64,000 nucleotides of DNA from Octopus vulgaris (GCA_951406725.2 OX597827.1:46438001-46502000), one strand, 5' to 3'; counted from the first letter of the stretch, positions 12,329 through 26,512 are shown. Numbers and translations are program-made. Notes: generated from the sequence alone by a model not told the origin.

Positions 12329-13347
12329 TGTATGTATGTATGTATGTATGTATGTATGTATGCATTGCATGCATGTATACATAATGATATAATTATGAAC
12401 TCATCACAAAATCACGTGTTACTGAATGAAAACAACGACAGCAAAAACACCAACATTATCATTAGCAACATCATCGTAGTTGTCATCGTCTTCATCATCA
12501 GCAGGAGCAGCAGCAGCATCATTGCCGTCATAAGAATAACAACCTCAAAATCATCCTTTATCCTTACAGAAAATCAAACCAAAACAAACAAACAAACGAA
12601 ACAGATACAAAAAAAAAAAGAGGCAGAAACTATTAAGATGATAAAGTTACTAACCACTATAATTAATACTTGCTCAAGGTTTAAGTAAATAAGTACATCA
12701 TGTCAGTAAACAAGTCACAAGCAACTTATAGTGACTAATACAGACTACAAACCACACACACATACACACACACACACACGTGCACATACACGTGTACGTA
12801 CACACACACACACACATACGTGTATATACATAGCTACCTTCACAATTACACAAATGCCACCATCATTGCTATGCCACATGCAACACGCAACAATACTAAG
12901 ATAACCGTAGGACTACCTAGGCATACTATCATTGCTGTTATTAAAGAAAAAAAAAAGGCGACAAGATGACGAAGTCTTTAGTTTATAACACTGGAAAATA
13001 TGCTTTTGTGGTATTCGTTTCAACACTTTATGTTCTGGGTTAAAATTCTTGCCCGCGCGGTCACTAGAATTTAGTGACCTCCTCAATTGGTATAATCATT
13101 TAACGATTTAACTCTTCCAGAAACTCCGTTAATGAGCTGTTAATTCTCTATACAACTAAAACTCGGCAACATTAGTCCTAAACCAGGACTGCCATGTTAT
13201 GTTGGCAAACAATCTTTACTACAAAGTACTGTTGCTGAATATCTCATGTTGTGAGATTTAAAAATAGTAATTTTCTAACTAAAACTCAGTTCTTGACAAT
13301 TTAAAATTTTATTCTGTTGTCTTTCATGTTAAAATACACCCTGCTGA

Positions 13348-13681
13348 GACCCCCTTCGGTCATGACTGACCATGGGATTGAACCTAGAAAGTTACCCTCC
13401 CAGGCACAAGTCTGGGCAAGGTTGTTTATGGAAGACCAGCAGTCGCCCATGCATACCGACCTCCCCTCCCCACGCTATCAGTGTTATCCAAGGGAAAGGC
13501 AAAGGGGCCGATACAGCTTGGCACCTGTGACGTCGCAACTCATTTCTACTGCTGAGTGAACTGGAGCAATGTGAAATAAAGTGTCTTGCTCAAGAATACA
13601 ACACGCAGCCCGGTCTGAGATTCGAACTCACACTTTCAAGATCGTTAGCTCGACGCTTTAACCATTGAGCCAGGCGCCTTC
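13348..13681 (-). mobile_element. tRNA-derived SINE family C
   Basis: Minus strand GAAGGCGCCTGGCTCAATGGTTAAAGCG...GAGTTCGAATCTC...TTGAGCAAGACACTTTATTTCAC. Homologous to 18449-18765. Confidence 0.88.
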
Positions 13682-14726
13682 ACGAAAACATACACCCTAA
13701 TACACCGAATATACTCGAAACACACCCTATTAAAATACATCCTAATACACCTAATATTTCTCTTTCCTGGGGTGGCGAGCTGGCAGAATCGTTAGCATGC
13801 CGAGCTAAAGCTTAACGGCATTTCGTCTGTCATCTGAGGTCGACTTTTTACTTTCATCTTTTCGGGTTCGATAAAATAGGTACCATTTGGGCCCTGAGTT
13901 CGATGTAACCGACTCACCTCTTCCACCGAACTTGCTGTCCTTGAACCAAAATTTTAAACCAATATCCCTTTTCCTCAAAACTCATTTTCATTTTCATCGT
14001 GGCTACCACTGACACGGCATTATTCAAAACACCAAAATTTCGAGTCTTAGATTCATCGTATCTTATTTTTGATGACCTCTGTCTTGGAACAACCCAGCCA
14101 ACGTAGCCTTACTTTTGATGCCTTCATCCTGGTTGTTTTTACCGCCTTTGACCATTCCATCAAATCGCACTAAACTTTGGCTTTTAATTTTTGTGGAACA
14201 TTCTTTTCGGCTCAACTTGCTACGCCCATAATCCAACCCAATCAATACCTTACGCCACCCTCGGTACTGTCTGCATGGATATAAATACAGATATTTGTAT
14301 TAGTTGTGTATAAATGGTGATGGGAGGAAATTTATTCCATTTCATACATTATTCCATTGGTTAGGCTTACAATCGTGCGGTTGTGATTTTGACTCTCGCA
14401 CCGCGAGTTTATTTCACGTTGCTCCAGTTTACTCAGCTGTAGAAATGAGTTGCGACGTCACTGATGCCAAGCTGTATCGGCCCCTTTGCCTTTCCCTTGG
14501 ATAACATCGGTGGCATGGAGAGGGGAGACTGGTCTGCATGGTCTTCTTTAGGAGCAATCCCATGGTCATTCATGACCGAAGGTGATCTTTACCCTTCATG
14601 TTTACGTCTTAGAATAACCCACTCAATGCTTCTTAATGTTCTGGGTGCAAATTCTCATTCGAGGGGTATCTTAGTCATGCAGGCTACATGACAATATCAC
14701 TAGTAGTGGTGCCACGAACAAAATGC

Positions 14727-14816
<90 letters not shown>

Positions 14817-14820
14817 TGAC

Positions 14821-14880
<60 letters not shown>

Positions 14881-14905
14881 CGATAGATAGATAGACAGAC
14901 AGATT

Positions 14906-14975
<70 letters not shown>

Positions 14976-15040
14976 AGGCAACTGGATAGTGCTTCTGATA
15001 ATAAAAGACAGTATGGTCACGGCTGGAATTCGTTTGATCT

Positions 15041-15095
<55 letters not shown>

Positions 15096-15527
15096 GGGTA
15101 AGAGTTAGCCAGAGGGAGATGGAGAGAAGGGTGAGCGATAGAGGGAGGGAGAATGCGAAAGAAAAGACAGAGATACAGTGGGAGGGTGACATCAGCTTAG
15201 TTGACTAAGCTAAGTGTCAAAATGTCCGGCTTTTCTGCTCGAGTATAGTGGAAAGCTGAAATTAATCTCTGCTTGCAGTGATGAGCTGTACCTGGCCACA
15301 GGACTTGTTTACAGCTACGTGATCTGAGCCAATGAGAGAAAAGTGTGGAAGGAAGTTGTAGAAAATAGAGCAAGTGCGAGTGATAGAGAGGTAGATGACA
15401 ATCCTGAAAGTATAAGGATGTTGTTGTGGTGGTGATGGTGGTGGTGGTGGTGGTGGTGGTGATATGGTAACTGAAAACGGAGGTAGAATTGTGTGGTAAC
15501 AATGTTTGGGGTAAATTGACTAATGTT

Positions 15528-15876
15528 GGTACTCCGTCGGTTACGACTACGAGTGTTCCAGTTGATCTGATCAGCGTAACAACCTGCTCGTGAAATTAAC
15601 GTGCAAGTGGCTGAGCACTCCACAGACACGTGTACCCTTAACGTAGTTCTCGAGGAGATTCACAAAGTGTGATAAGGCTGTACAGGTACAGCAGAAACAG
15701 AAACAGAAAGTTGTGGGGAAAGAGTACAGCAGGGTTCACTACCATCCCCTGTTGAGCCTCGTGGAGCTTTAGGTATTTTTGCTGAATAAACACTCACAAC
15801 GCCTGGTCAGGGAATCGAAACCGCGATCCTACAACTGTGAGTCCGCTGCCCAAACCACTGGGTCATTGCACCTCCA
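15528..15876 (-). mobile_element. tRNA-derived SINE family D
   Basis: Minus strand GGAGGTGCAATGACCCAGTGGTTTGGGCAGCGGACTC...GGTTTCGATTCCC. The tail GAGAACTACGTTAAGGGTACACGTGTCTGTGG is shared with 43029-43258. Confidence 0.85.
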
Positions 15877-16501
15877 CAAATTGACTGATGTAGTACTATG
15901 ATTAATGTAGGTAAATTGGTGTGGTACCATACCTTGGGTAGCCAGATTGGTGAGGTATAACGTCTGAAGTTAGGTAGAGTGGTGCGAGACTGTGTTTGGA
16001 GTAGATAAATTGCTGAGTTACCATTTCTGAGGTACGTAGATTGGTGTGGCACTATATTGGGGGGGGGGGGGGTGCATAGAGTGGTTGCAGCTTTGCTGAA
16101 AGAATTGTGTTGTTATTAATGGCGGACGTGGCATAGAAGAGATTATATGCTTTTCATACTCTTTTCATCGTCCCGAATTTTCTATTTTGTTGTCTCCGGG
16201 GAGTCGTGGTGGAAACTATTATTGGAACTGCAATAGGAATGCTCCTCCTGTGACCTCTTCGAATCAGACCAGATTATGCAGCGTGGGCTCTCCTAAGACG
16301 AGAGAGAGAGAGAAAAAGAGGAGGAAAGGAGAGAAAGGGATAGGAGGGATGTTGAAGAAATTGAAAATTTGACTTCGGCGAAATTTGATCTTAAGGTTCA
16401 AAGGATCGAAGACAACGAATAATGACTGCCCGATGAAGCCAAATACCTGACAAAAATTTGTGGTGAGAGCAAACGAGGGACGCTGAAAGAAAAGTACAAG
16501 A

Positions 16502-17170
16502 AACAAGAGCGCTTAAAGAGCGCAAAACTCCGCCAAAGCAATACCTATTTCTTTATTACCCACAAGGGGCTAAACGTAGAGGCGACAAACAAGGACAGAC
16601 ATAGGTATTAAGTCGATGACATCGACACCAGTGCGTAACTGGTACTTAATTTATCGACCCCGAAAGGATGAAAGGTAAAGTCGACCTCGGCGGAATTTGA
16701 ACTCACAACGTAACGGCAGACGAAATACCGCTAAGCATTTCGCCCGACGTGCTAACGATTCTGCCAGCTCTTGTCAGTTTGAGAGATGAAGCCTTTCATG
16801 ATCAAAGACTGGTTTGGTCTGGTGTGACCAACATCCTCTCAACGATTAGCCGGAGATGGTTTTTAAAATGAGAATATCTGGAAAAAATCTCGACTGCTCT
16901 CACAATCGAGAATACTATAAATGAACTAAAATGAACCCGATCGCTCTCAAAAAAAAAAAAGTTTAAAAAACGGGAAAAATAATCCAGAATCCTTGTCCGG
17001 CACCGGATCGATCCAAAAATCTAATCAGTTCATGTCAGTCACGAGGCCAAACATCCCTGAAAGTTTCATCCGAATCCATCCAGCGGTTCTTGAGATATCT
17101 TGTCCACGGATAAACAAGCAAACAAACACGACTGGAAACAATACCTCCGCCTTCGCGAAGGCGGAGGTAA
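16502..17170 (+). mobile_element. Helentron-associated (HINE-like) non-autonomous element containing a SINE B (16543-16770, minus)
   Basis: 5' AACAAGAGC...CTCCGCC subterminal motif. 3' perfect 28-bp palindrome TACCTCCGCCTTCGCGAAGGCGGAGGTA at 17142-17169. Partial second copy at about 58490-58632. Confidence 0.65.
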
Positions 17171-18003
17171 ATATTGATATTTACTTTTTCTTAGATTTCG
17201 TGACTCAAGTCAGTGACTGCTTCTGAGGTTGAACAATAATCTCTCTATCTAATGCCGTCATTTAATCCAGGATCAACATAGATCCTAGGCCAACCTTGAT
17301 CGAATAGAACTATTGATCAAAAGGCATTCGGCCAATTGTAAACACCCACGTCCGATTAAGGTTATTTAGAAGCTACATTATTAAACAACTAGCTGACCCC
17401 GTTTCGTCAAAAATGAAGGCTAATTGTTGTATTTTATATATAAATATGGATGGTAAGTCAAATTAATACATTTCTCAATGTTATCTCGTGGTTGTCTTTT
17501 GAGATGTGACATCGATCATCGTTTGTTATTGAAAGAACGGTGGTTCACACATACAAATAGTCACGTACTTCCCTTTTTTACGCACAGACATACACACATA
17601 TACTCACACGGAGTTGAAACGCTGTTTGATTTTCGAGCATTGAATGCTCACCATCCCACTTCCTTTGCACACACAGACACACACACATACACACACACTT
17701 CACATACCTCTCTTTTACATACTCACAGAGTTGAAACGTTCCCACTATCAATTTGCCACCACCTCTTCCTTTCTCATTCATAAGTTGTGACGGAGAAAAA
17801 CACAGGAGTATTATTATAGTAGATGTGTACTTCATATTTCTATCTTTTAATGATGCAATTTCAGGGAGATTTTGCTGCTGCTATTTCTAGCAAGTTGAGC
17901 GACTACGTAGAGGCTCCCTAATCGACACGAGAATATGCATACAAACCTAAATACGTAAATGCATATATGCATTCATACACACTCACACACACACACATAC
18001 ACA

Positions 18004-18053
<50 letters not shown>

Positions 18054-18448
18054 TACGCGCACACACTCATACATACATACATACATACATACATACATAC
18101 ATACATACATACATACATACATACATACATACATACATACATACATGCATAATAAAAGGATCAAAGGTCGTTCCTGAAACAGTTTCATAAGGTTTCCCAA
18201 ATTCTGGGACGTATATATTTCCTGCTGGAGAGGGCGCCAGTCCTTCGCAGGATTGCTCATTATTACCAGCTGAATAGACTGGCGCAACGTGTTAGGAAAT
18301 GTTTTGTTCAAGAACACCAAAGCATCATATATATAGGAGTGGCTGTGTAGTAAGTAGCTTGCTTACCAACCACATGGTTCCGAGTTCAGTCCCACTGCGT
18401 GACACCTCGGCCAAGTATCTTCTACTATATATATATATCACGTGATGT

Positions 18449-18765
18449 GAAGGCGCATGGCTCAGTGGTTAGAGCGTCGAGCTTACGACCGTGAGGTTGT
18501 GAGTTCGAATCCCAGACCGGGCTGCATGTTGTGTTCTTGAGCAAGACACTTTATTCCACGTTGCTCCAGTTCACTCAGCTGTAGAAATGAGTTGCGACAT
18601 CACTGGTGCTAAGCTATATTGGATAACACTGGTGGCGTGGAGAGGGAAGGCCGGTATGCATGGTCGACTGCTGGTCTTCCATAAAACAACCTTGCCCGGA
18701 CTTGTGCCTGGGAGGGTAACTTTCTAGGTTCAATCCCATGGTCAGTCATGATCGAAGGGGGGTCA
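18449..18765 (+). mobile_element. tRNA-derived SINE family C
   Basis: GAAGGCGCATGGCTCAGTGGTTAGAGCG (A box) ... GAGTTCGAATCCC (B box). Central TTGAGCAAGACACTTT...CTCCAGTTCACTCAGCTG resembles a V-type SINE core. Confidence 0.9.
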
Positions 18766-19664
18766 CAAAAAATATATCACGTGATTACGTGATCGCCCAG
18801 ACTACCGGATATCGTTATACCTCGCTGGTCACATTCTGCTCAGTGAGACTCAACCTGAAACCATGTGAACTTCTTACTAATGCAGCCATGTCTGTTATAC
18901 AAACACACACACACACAGCCCTTCGAAAATAAGGAACTTTGACAGGGAATATTCGGGAACATTTTTGGCCAAAATATCTGTCAAATACTGCGATTAAAAA
19001 AAATAAGAAAATAAAAGAAAACGCAAAAAAAATTTTTAAAGTATACACATTGTTTGTTTAAATTGAAAATATTGTCAAAAACCTCATTTAAATTCTCGAA
19101 ATTCATTCCGTTAATTCGTATGTTCAAAATTATGCCAAACTAAAGTTCAACATTTGACATACTTTTCTTATTTTCATTAAATTTTCACTCTCTCTCTCTC
19201 TCTCTCTCTCGATCGCCCACTCTCTCCCTCCCTCTATTTCTCTCTCCTATTGTTTTCTAAATGTCAACACGGAAGCTTTGTCAATTAAAACTCTTGGTCT
19301 GTTGACTACACTTGAGGTAAAAAGGACAACACAAAACAACACGTGGACAATACTCAACACATCGTGTAATAACAAAGCTTGAGATAAAATTAAAGCAAGT
19401 TACATGACAGTTTTTAAGCCTTTCGCTGTGACATTTTAAACAAACCTGAATATATCTTGGTATTCTCTTCATACACTGAAGAAAATATAGGAGAGTATCC
19501 TGACATGTTTCGCGGTTCCTTCTAGTGTATTTTACGGGCATGAGACATTTGGTAATAGCCGTTTGGCCCCACCTATTTCGACGCTGACTTACTTGACATC
19601 AGATGTTTTAATATTTCTCTCATTCTCTTCTTCTCTACCTCACTCACTCTCTCTCTCTCTTTCT

Positions 19665-19752
<88 letters not shown>

Positions 19753-19920
19753 GTGTATAAATATATTTCTCTATGTATATGAAGAAAGGGACACTGTTTA
19801 TGCGAATAGTGTTCAATTAATAAAATATCTCTGTAATAAATTATCATTTGTGTGAGTGCGTGTGGATGTACTAGTATGCATGTGTGTATTTGAAAGTGCT
19901 ATATATATGTGTGCGTATAT

Positions 19921-20085
19921 AGTGAGGGAAATGTGACCGGCGATGTTTATCTGCAAATGCTTCAGAACTGGCTAATGGATGAGCTCATTACAAATGAACA
20001 TGAAGACTTCATTTTTCAACAAGACGGGGCTCCACCTCACTAGCTGCGAGGGAGATGGACCGAGCGTGCTGGTGATGAAGACACT
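19921..20085 (+). pseudogene. Tc1/mariner-superfamily transposase fragment
   Basis: Translates EGNVTGDVYLQMLQNWLMDELITNEHEDFIFQQDGAPPH*, which contains the second catalytic-Asp motif FQQDGAPPH. Confidence 0.8.
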
Positions 20086-21698
20086 GTAACCTTTTGATAG
20101 GGTCCAAGGTTATGGTTCATCACAATTCTGTACTGTAAATTCGTGATATAAAGAAAAAGTTTAAGAAAATACAAATACAGAATGTATTAGATTGACGTTC
20201 GGGAAATGGAGAAAATGGAAAGAAATGTCTTTTTCTTTTCTAGTATTTACTTTTCCGAAAGATAGGATAGACAAGGAGAGAAAAGACGGAAGAAGGAAAA
20301 TGGTGAAATAGAGATACTGGTGAAGATGCTGGAGGAAAGATTAGAGATCAGCCACGTTGGTAAGGCAGAGCGTGATGCAATGTGAGACGGTAGGTTTGTG
20401 AAGATTTGGTAGATCGCTTTGATTTTTAAAATATCAACAACAGTATCAAGTAAAGTCCGGGAAGATACTAATCCAGGTAGAGTTCCAAGGGAGATTGCAG
20501 TGGTGAGCTAATCCTAGAGAAGGTGAGATTGTAAGAAGGATGGATCAAACTGAAGTGGCTATGGTGTATATATCATACATGATGCACAAAATACAATTGA
20601 TTTCAGTGGTGTTGAGTAACTTTACAATATGTAATGTTCCCAGGTTGTCTTATATGGTTCTTTACTCACCAGATGGCGTACGATATACAGTCTGCAGCGA
20701 AGCTGAACACAAGATTTGATTAAATTGTATTTAAATGCCTTATCTACTCGGCGGTTTCATTTCTCTTAGAATTTTTGTAGAAATTTAGAGGCTACGAATG
20801 AAGGTTGATGTTGTTACGAGAGCGACCGATATACAAGAAGCAACAACCAAACCTACTTCAACTCAAACCTTGCTGTCTTAAAAAGGAACGGATACGCTGG
20901 ACAGTGTAGCCCTTAATATATAAGAATATATATATATGAATCGTTAAAACGCCGAGGGAAAATGCTTAACGGAAGTTCTGAGTTCAAATGTCGCCGGGGT
21001 CGACTTTGCTTCTCATCCTTTTGGAGTCGATAAAATAAATACCAACTGGACTCTGGGAGGCGATATAATCGGCTCATTCACTGCCCAAAATTGCTGGCCT
21101 TGTGCCAAAATTTGAAACCATTACATAATAACTGAAATAAAAGGTGGTATGGTCGTGACTGGAATGCTTTAATTCTGCTCATTCAGAGACCACATGGATA
21201 AATAACAACAACAACGAGAGGCGTGATATAAGTGAGATCGGTAGAGTTTATATGAATCATCGAAACAAGGAAAGACGGGGTTTGCTGAAAAGATTAGCCG
21301 AAGAAGAGAAGTGAAACGAACGAGGGAGGACGGGATTTAGAGAACATGAAATACAAAGTTGAGAAAGTATGCATCAGACTATAAGACCATATGATGTAAC
21401 TCTGTCATGTATATAACACGTGATCGGAATTATCTTAAAGCGGTTCTGGATAAAGAAATCCCATTTATTAACCCTTGGTCTCTCTGATGGAACAAACCTG
21501 CAATCAAAAACTTTCCTATCACGATTATCCAATCTTTATTTTCACACATCTGTCTAGAACTTCATTATCTAATATGGTCTTTTTTTTTTTTCATTTTCCT
21601 TTTTAGAATAGCACGGAGTGGTTTGAGAAATATTTGTCTGCTATTTCTAGCATGTTGAGAGCCACTCATTGACTCCTGCAGAAATTAAAGGTCCATAA

Positions 21699-22521
21699 GG
21701 CGGCGAGCTGGCAGAATCGTTAGCACGCCGGGCGAAATGCCTAGCGGTATTTCATCTGCCGTTACGTTCCGAGTTCGAATTCCGCCGAGGTCGACTTTGC
21801 CTTTCATCCTTTCGGGGTCGATTAAATACGTACCAGTTACGCACTGGGGTCGATATGATCGACTTAATCCGTTTGTCTGTCCTTGTTTGTCCCTTCTGTG
21901 CTTAGCTCCTTGTGGGTAGTAAAGAAATAGGTATTTCGTCTGCCGTTGCGTTCTGAGTTCAAATTCAGCCAAAGTCGACTTTGCCTTTCATCCTTTCGAG
22001 GTCGATAAATTAAGTACCAGTTACGCACTGGGGTCGATATAATCGACTTAATCCGTTTGACTGTCCTTGTTTGTCCTCTCTATGTTTAGCCCCTTGTGGG
22101 CAATAAAGAAATGAGAAACGTTAGCACGCCGGGCTAAATGCTTAGGGTATTTCGTCTATTTTTATGTTCTGAGTTCAAATACCGCCGGGGTCAACTTTGC
22201 CTTTCATCCTTTCGGAGCGATTAAATAAGTACCAGTTACGCACTGGGATCGATATAATCGACTTAATCCATTTGTCTTTCCTTGTTTGTCCCCTCTTTGT
22301 GTAGCCCCTTGTGGGTAGTAAAGATATAGGTATTTCGTCTGTTTTTACGTTCTGAGTTCAAATTCTGCTGAGGTCGACTTTGCCTTTCATCCTTTCGGGG
22401 TCGATAAATTACCAACTGGACTCTGGGGGTGATATAATCGTACGTTGCGTACTGGGGTCGATCTAATCCACTGGCCCCCTCCCCCAAAATTTCGAGCCTT
22501 GTGCCTAGACTAGAAAAGAAT
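21699..22521 (+). mobile_element. Head-to-tail concatemer of four SINE B units
   Basis: Units start near 21699, 21929, 22113 and 22329. Only the first has the full 5' end; only the last has the GGCCCCCTCCCCCAAAATTTC...CTAGACTAGAAAAGAAT tail. Confidence 0.9.
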
Positions 22522-22743
22522 ATAATAAACAATTTGTATAGAATTCTAAAATAATATTATAAATTCATAGCGTCCCTCAATCCACTGCCATCCTCCCAAC
22601 GCCTCCTTTTTCTCTACTGCCCCCTTAGGCACCAGCGCTCACCTGGATCATCTCAACCGGCACCGGGGCGGCGGGGGCGGGCAGTAGCGCCCACTTTGGG
22701 AACCTATGTCTTACCTGGAATTAGGCACAATTTTCAGTGAACT

Positions 22744-22830
22744 TTACAACTTGGTATTATCCGTTGTAATTATCACCAAGTCTTCTGCATAGAGGAGATA
22801 TTTTGCAATTTGTTTATTTAGTTTACAGTT
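22744..22830 (-). pseudogene. Degenerate non-LTR RT fragment
   Basis: KLNKQIAKYLLYAEDLVII resembles the LLYADDLV motif. Confidence 0.45.
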
Positions 22831-23230
22831 TGGAGTACCTTTACTCTCGAGAAATTTTGTAAAAAGTGTTGTTGCATTCGACTCCAGCAAACTATTTGAA
22901 CGTGCCTGGTGCACAAATCTCCTAGCAAATATTTCTGCCAATAGGTTTCATCGCCCTTTGTCCCTTAATACGGTGGCTTCCTGTTAGATTGCAACATCAA
23001 CGGTGTATGTTGATACAACTTTTTCTAACCTACATTCCATCATCTCCAGTGTATAGCTCCCTCTCACGATACTTCTCTCTCTCTCTCTCTCGTTTCTCTC
23101 TCTCTCGTTTCTCTCTCTCTCTTTCTCTCTCTCTGCCCCACACTCTATCACCTTCAGTTGCAGCTATCTCCTTCTCCGCGCTCTCTCCGACCCATATTTT
23201 TTCAACTCCATTTGCAGCTGTCTCTCCCCA

Positions 23231-23265
<35 letters not shown>

Positions 23266-23282
23266 TTCTCTCTTTCTGACCC

Positions 23283-23480
23283 ACGGTGTACCAGGAGATT
23301 CAGTCCCTCCACCTCACCATCTTCCTTCTATGCATCAATGACCCTCTTATCGTCATCTCCAACAACGACTATTCCTATTCAAATGATGCGTTATTCCTCT
23401 CCAGTCTTCCGCAACCGGGTGTCTCCACATGCAACACCGCACACCAATTTTACACTGACTCTCTGAGCTGACACCTCGAA
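23283..23480 (+). pseudogene. Degenerate CR1/L2-type RT fragment
   Basis: Frameshifted GVP(Q)G-S ... IFLLCINDPL ... YSYSND resembles GVPQGSVLSP.LFLL.IND...SYADD. Confidence 0.55.
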
Positions 23481-24217
23481 AACATTCTCCAATAAGACCA
23501 TCTCAATCTTTGTTTCAGTCAAGAACACAAACACAATCCCCTACGCATATTCTTTTCTATTCTATTTATTCATCACGAAAAGATGAAAGGCAAATGAATG
23601 GCCCCAACGTGATTCGAAGCCAGAAAGCTGAAACCTAGAATCAAAAGCCGCAAGGCATTTTATCCAGGGCTCTCACATTTCCGCCAATTCAACGCCTACA
23701 AATCCAATACAAAGAAACGAAAATAATGTTTTATGAAGTGAAGTTATATCGGTAACGAAAACAAATTCATCTTAAAAGAAGCAAGGAAGAGAACTCACAA
23801 ATTTCATGTGACTAAAATTTAAATAGTAAATAAAATGATATACAAGGTACTTTAATAAGTCTGTTCTTCACTGCTCTAGTGGCAAGCCCAGACAAATTAC
23901 GACTTCTCAGCGAAGAATAGTCAGTACATAGAGCTAACAGTGCAGATAATAACTTCGAAAGTATATATTATAGTTTTGGTGTAACAACGATTCATTGATC
24001 TCACAGCTGAAAATAATGACGTTAAAAATTCCCCACGGGTGCTTTCTGCATTAGAAATACATAGTTAAGTCCTTTTTGTATATGCATGTGCTTCATGAGA
24101 TTACTCAAGGTTAGAATATTTTATCTTCGAAATTTCACACTTAGAAATTGAAACTAAACTGAATTATTTTCGCCAGCGTGCTTGCTTTGATATGCCAACC
24201 CGAATACGCTGTGTACT

Positions 24218-24506
24218 CACTCTTTACTCTTTACTCTTTTACCTGTTTCAGTCATTTGACTGTGGCCATGCTGGAGCACCGCCTTTAGTCGAGCAAATCG
24301 GCCCCAGGACTTATTCTTTGTAAGCCTAGTACTTATTCTATCGGTCTCTTTTGCCGAACCGCTAAGTTACGGGGACGTAAACACACCAGCATCGGTTGTC
24401 AAGCGATGTTGGGGGGACGTAAATGCACTACCATCGGTTGACAAGCGATGTTGGGGGAACAAACACAGACACACAAACACGCACACAGGCACACATATAC
24501 ACACAT

Positions 24507-24563
<57 letters not shown>

Positions 24564-24915
24564 ATACGTAGGGAGAAATCACGAAAAAAACAAAAGACGA
24601 AAACAGGTGGTGTAGAAAACAAACAGATGTATTAGTATAACGCTCAGGAATTGAAAAAGTCTTTAACGCTTCGAGCCTACGCTCTTCCACAGAAAGGAAC
24701 ACAAAAAAAAACAAGGAGAGAAAAAAATGTGTGTGGCTACCGATCTATCATGGCGACGAGCTTCTTTCAGTTTCCGTCTACCAAATCCACTCACAAGGCT
24801 TTGGTCGGCCCGAGGCTATAGTAGAAGACACTTGCACAAGGTGCCACGCAGTGGGACTGATCTCAGAACCATGTGGTTGGTAAACAAGCTACTTACCACA
24901 CAGCCACTCCTGCGT
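24218..24915 (-). mobile_element. SINE family A with a Penelope-like short element (about 24569-24756) nested in its internal microsatellite
   Basis: SINE A 3' tail (TTTTACTC)n at 24218 and head at about 24915. The insert is homologous to 58638-58785 and 25545-25730. Confidence 0.85.
24661..24696 (-). ncRNA. Hammerhead-like motif with variant core
   Basis: CTTT-CTGTGGA-A-GAGC(GTAG)GCTC-GAAG-CG-TT-AAAG. Related copies at 25605-25640 (+) and 58726-58756 (-). Confidence 0.45.
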
Positions 24916-25173
24916 GTTATGGGTACTTAATTTTGAAATAAAAAGCATATTTACAGAGGTGAGTCATCGCATTTTTTTTCATTTTTTTCTAGCGAAACAA
25001 AGGTATGCCACCATCCTTAAAAATGATGGACATTACCGTCCAACACACTCTACGTCTGAGAGAACAACAGACGGAGGTTAGGGTGGTGGTTTTTTGTTCT
25101 TCTTTGTATCATAGTCTACCAGAACAGTTGAGTGGGGCTAATTAATACCCCCACACACACACACACACGTTTG

Positions 25174-25235
<62 letters not shown>

Positions 25236-25476
25236 AATGTTGACTGCCAGGTAAAAAAAAATGAGTGCTCGATACCATAGAAAGGATTAATAATTTGTTT
25301 TTGGTCGAGTCAGTCTGATACTATTTTGAGTTTTGTTTGTGGAAGCACACGGTCTTCAGGCAAGTTATGCTTGAAGATCTTGTGCACCCAAAAGAGAAAC
25401 ACAGAGTAATAAGAAACTGACTCGATCAAGGTAAAATATTTACACACACACACACACACACAAATGTATGTGTATA

Positions 25477-25508
<32 letters not shown>

Positions 25509-25728
25509 CATATATATATATACATATATGTGTGTGTGTGTGTACACACGCATTTTTCTCTCTCTGTTTTTTTCTTCATTCTCTCTATTTTTTCCCACTT
25601 ATTCCATTCTGCTGAAGAGCGTCGGCTCGAAAAGTAAAAGACTTTTCCATTCTTCCCGTGTGTTAAACGAATACACCTGTTTGTTGTTCCTACACCTGTC
25701 TTCGTCTTTTGTCTTTCTGTTAATTTGA

Positions 25729-25805
<77 letters not shown>

Positions 25806-26302
25806 CCCAAATTATATTTATGATATATTATAATATATATGATATGTTATATGACTGGAGAAACGGTTCGTGATTGCACGACCTCTTAGTAATAGCAACT
25901 AAACTTCTTTCCTATCATACCCTTTCATCGTAAAAAAAAATGACAGAGTGGACTCCTTTGATAATGAGTTTGGTCGATCAGGATTGACCTGCGATTAATT
26001 ATCACATTGCCATCAACGGCAGCAATAATAACCATGAAAACAACAGCAACAACATATGGTTTTAAATTTTGACACAAAGCTAACAACTTTAAGAGGAAGG
26101 GAGCAGTCGGTGAGATCGACACCAGTACTTCACCGGTACTTTATTATATCGATCCCGAAAGAATGACTGGCAAAATCGACCTCGGTGGAATGTGAACGCA
26201 GAACGTAAAAAACCGGCAGAAATGCCGCTAAGCATTTTGTCCGACGTGCTTAAAGATCCTGCTAGCTTCAGAAGTTGTAGGACTATCAAAGCATTTAACA
26301 AG

Positions 26303-26463
26303 ACGCAGGAGTGGCTGTGTGGCAAGTAGCTTGCTTACCAACCATATGGTTCCGGGTTCAGTCCCACTACGTAGCACCTTGGGCAAGTGTCTTCTACTAT
26401 AGCCTCGGGACGACCAAAGCTTTGTGATTGGATTTGGTAGGCGGAAACTGAAAGAAGCCCGTC

Positions 26464-26512
<49 letters not shown>

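Noticed and set aside
18449-18525. Possible tRNA genes at SINE heads (also 38212, 43029, 56071)
   Set aside because: No proper acceptor stem, and each continues into a multicopy SINE body.
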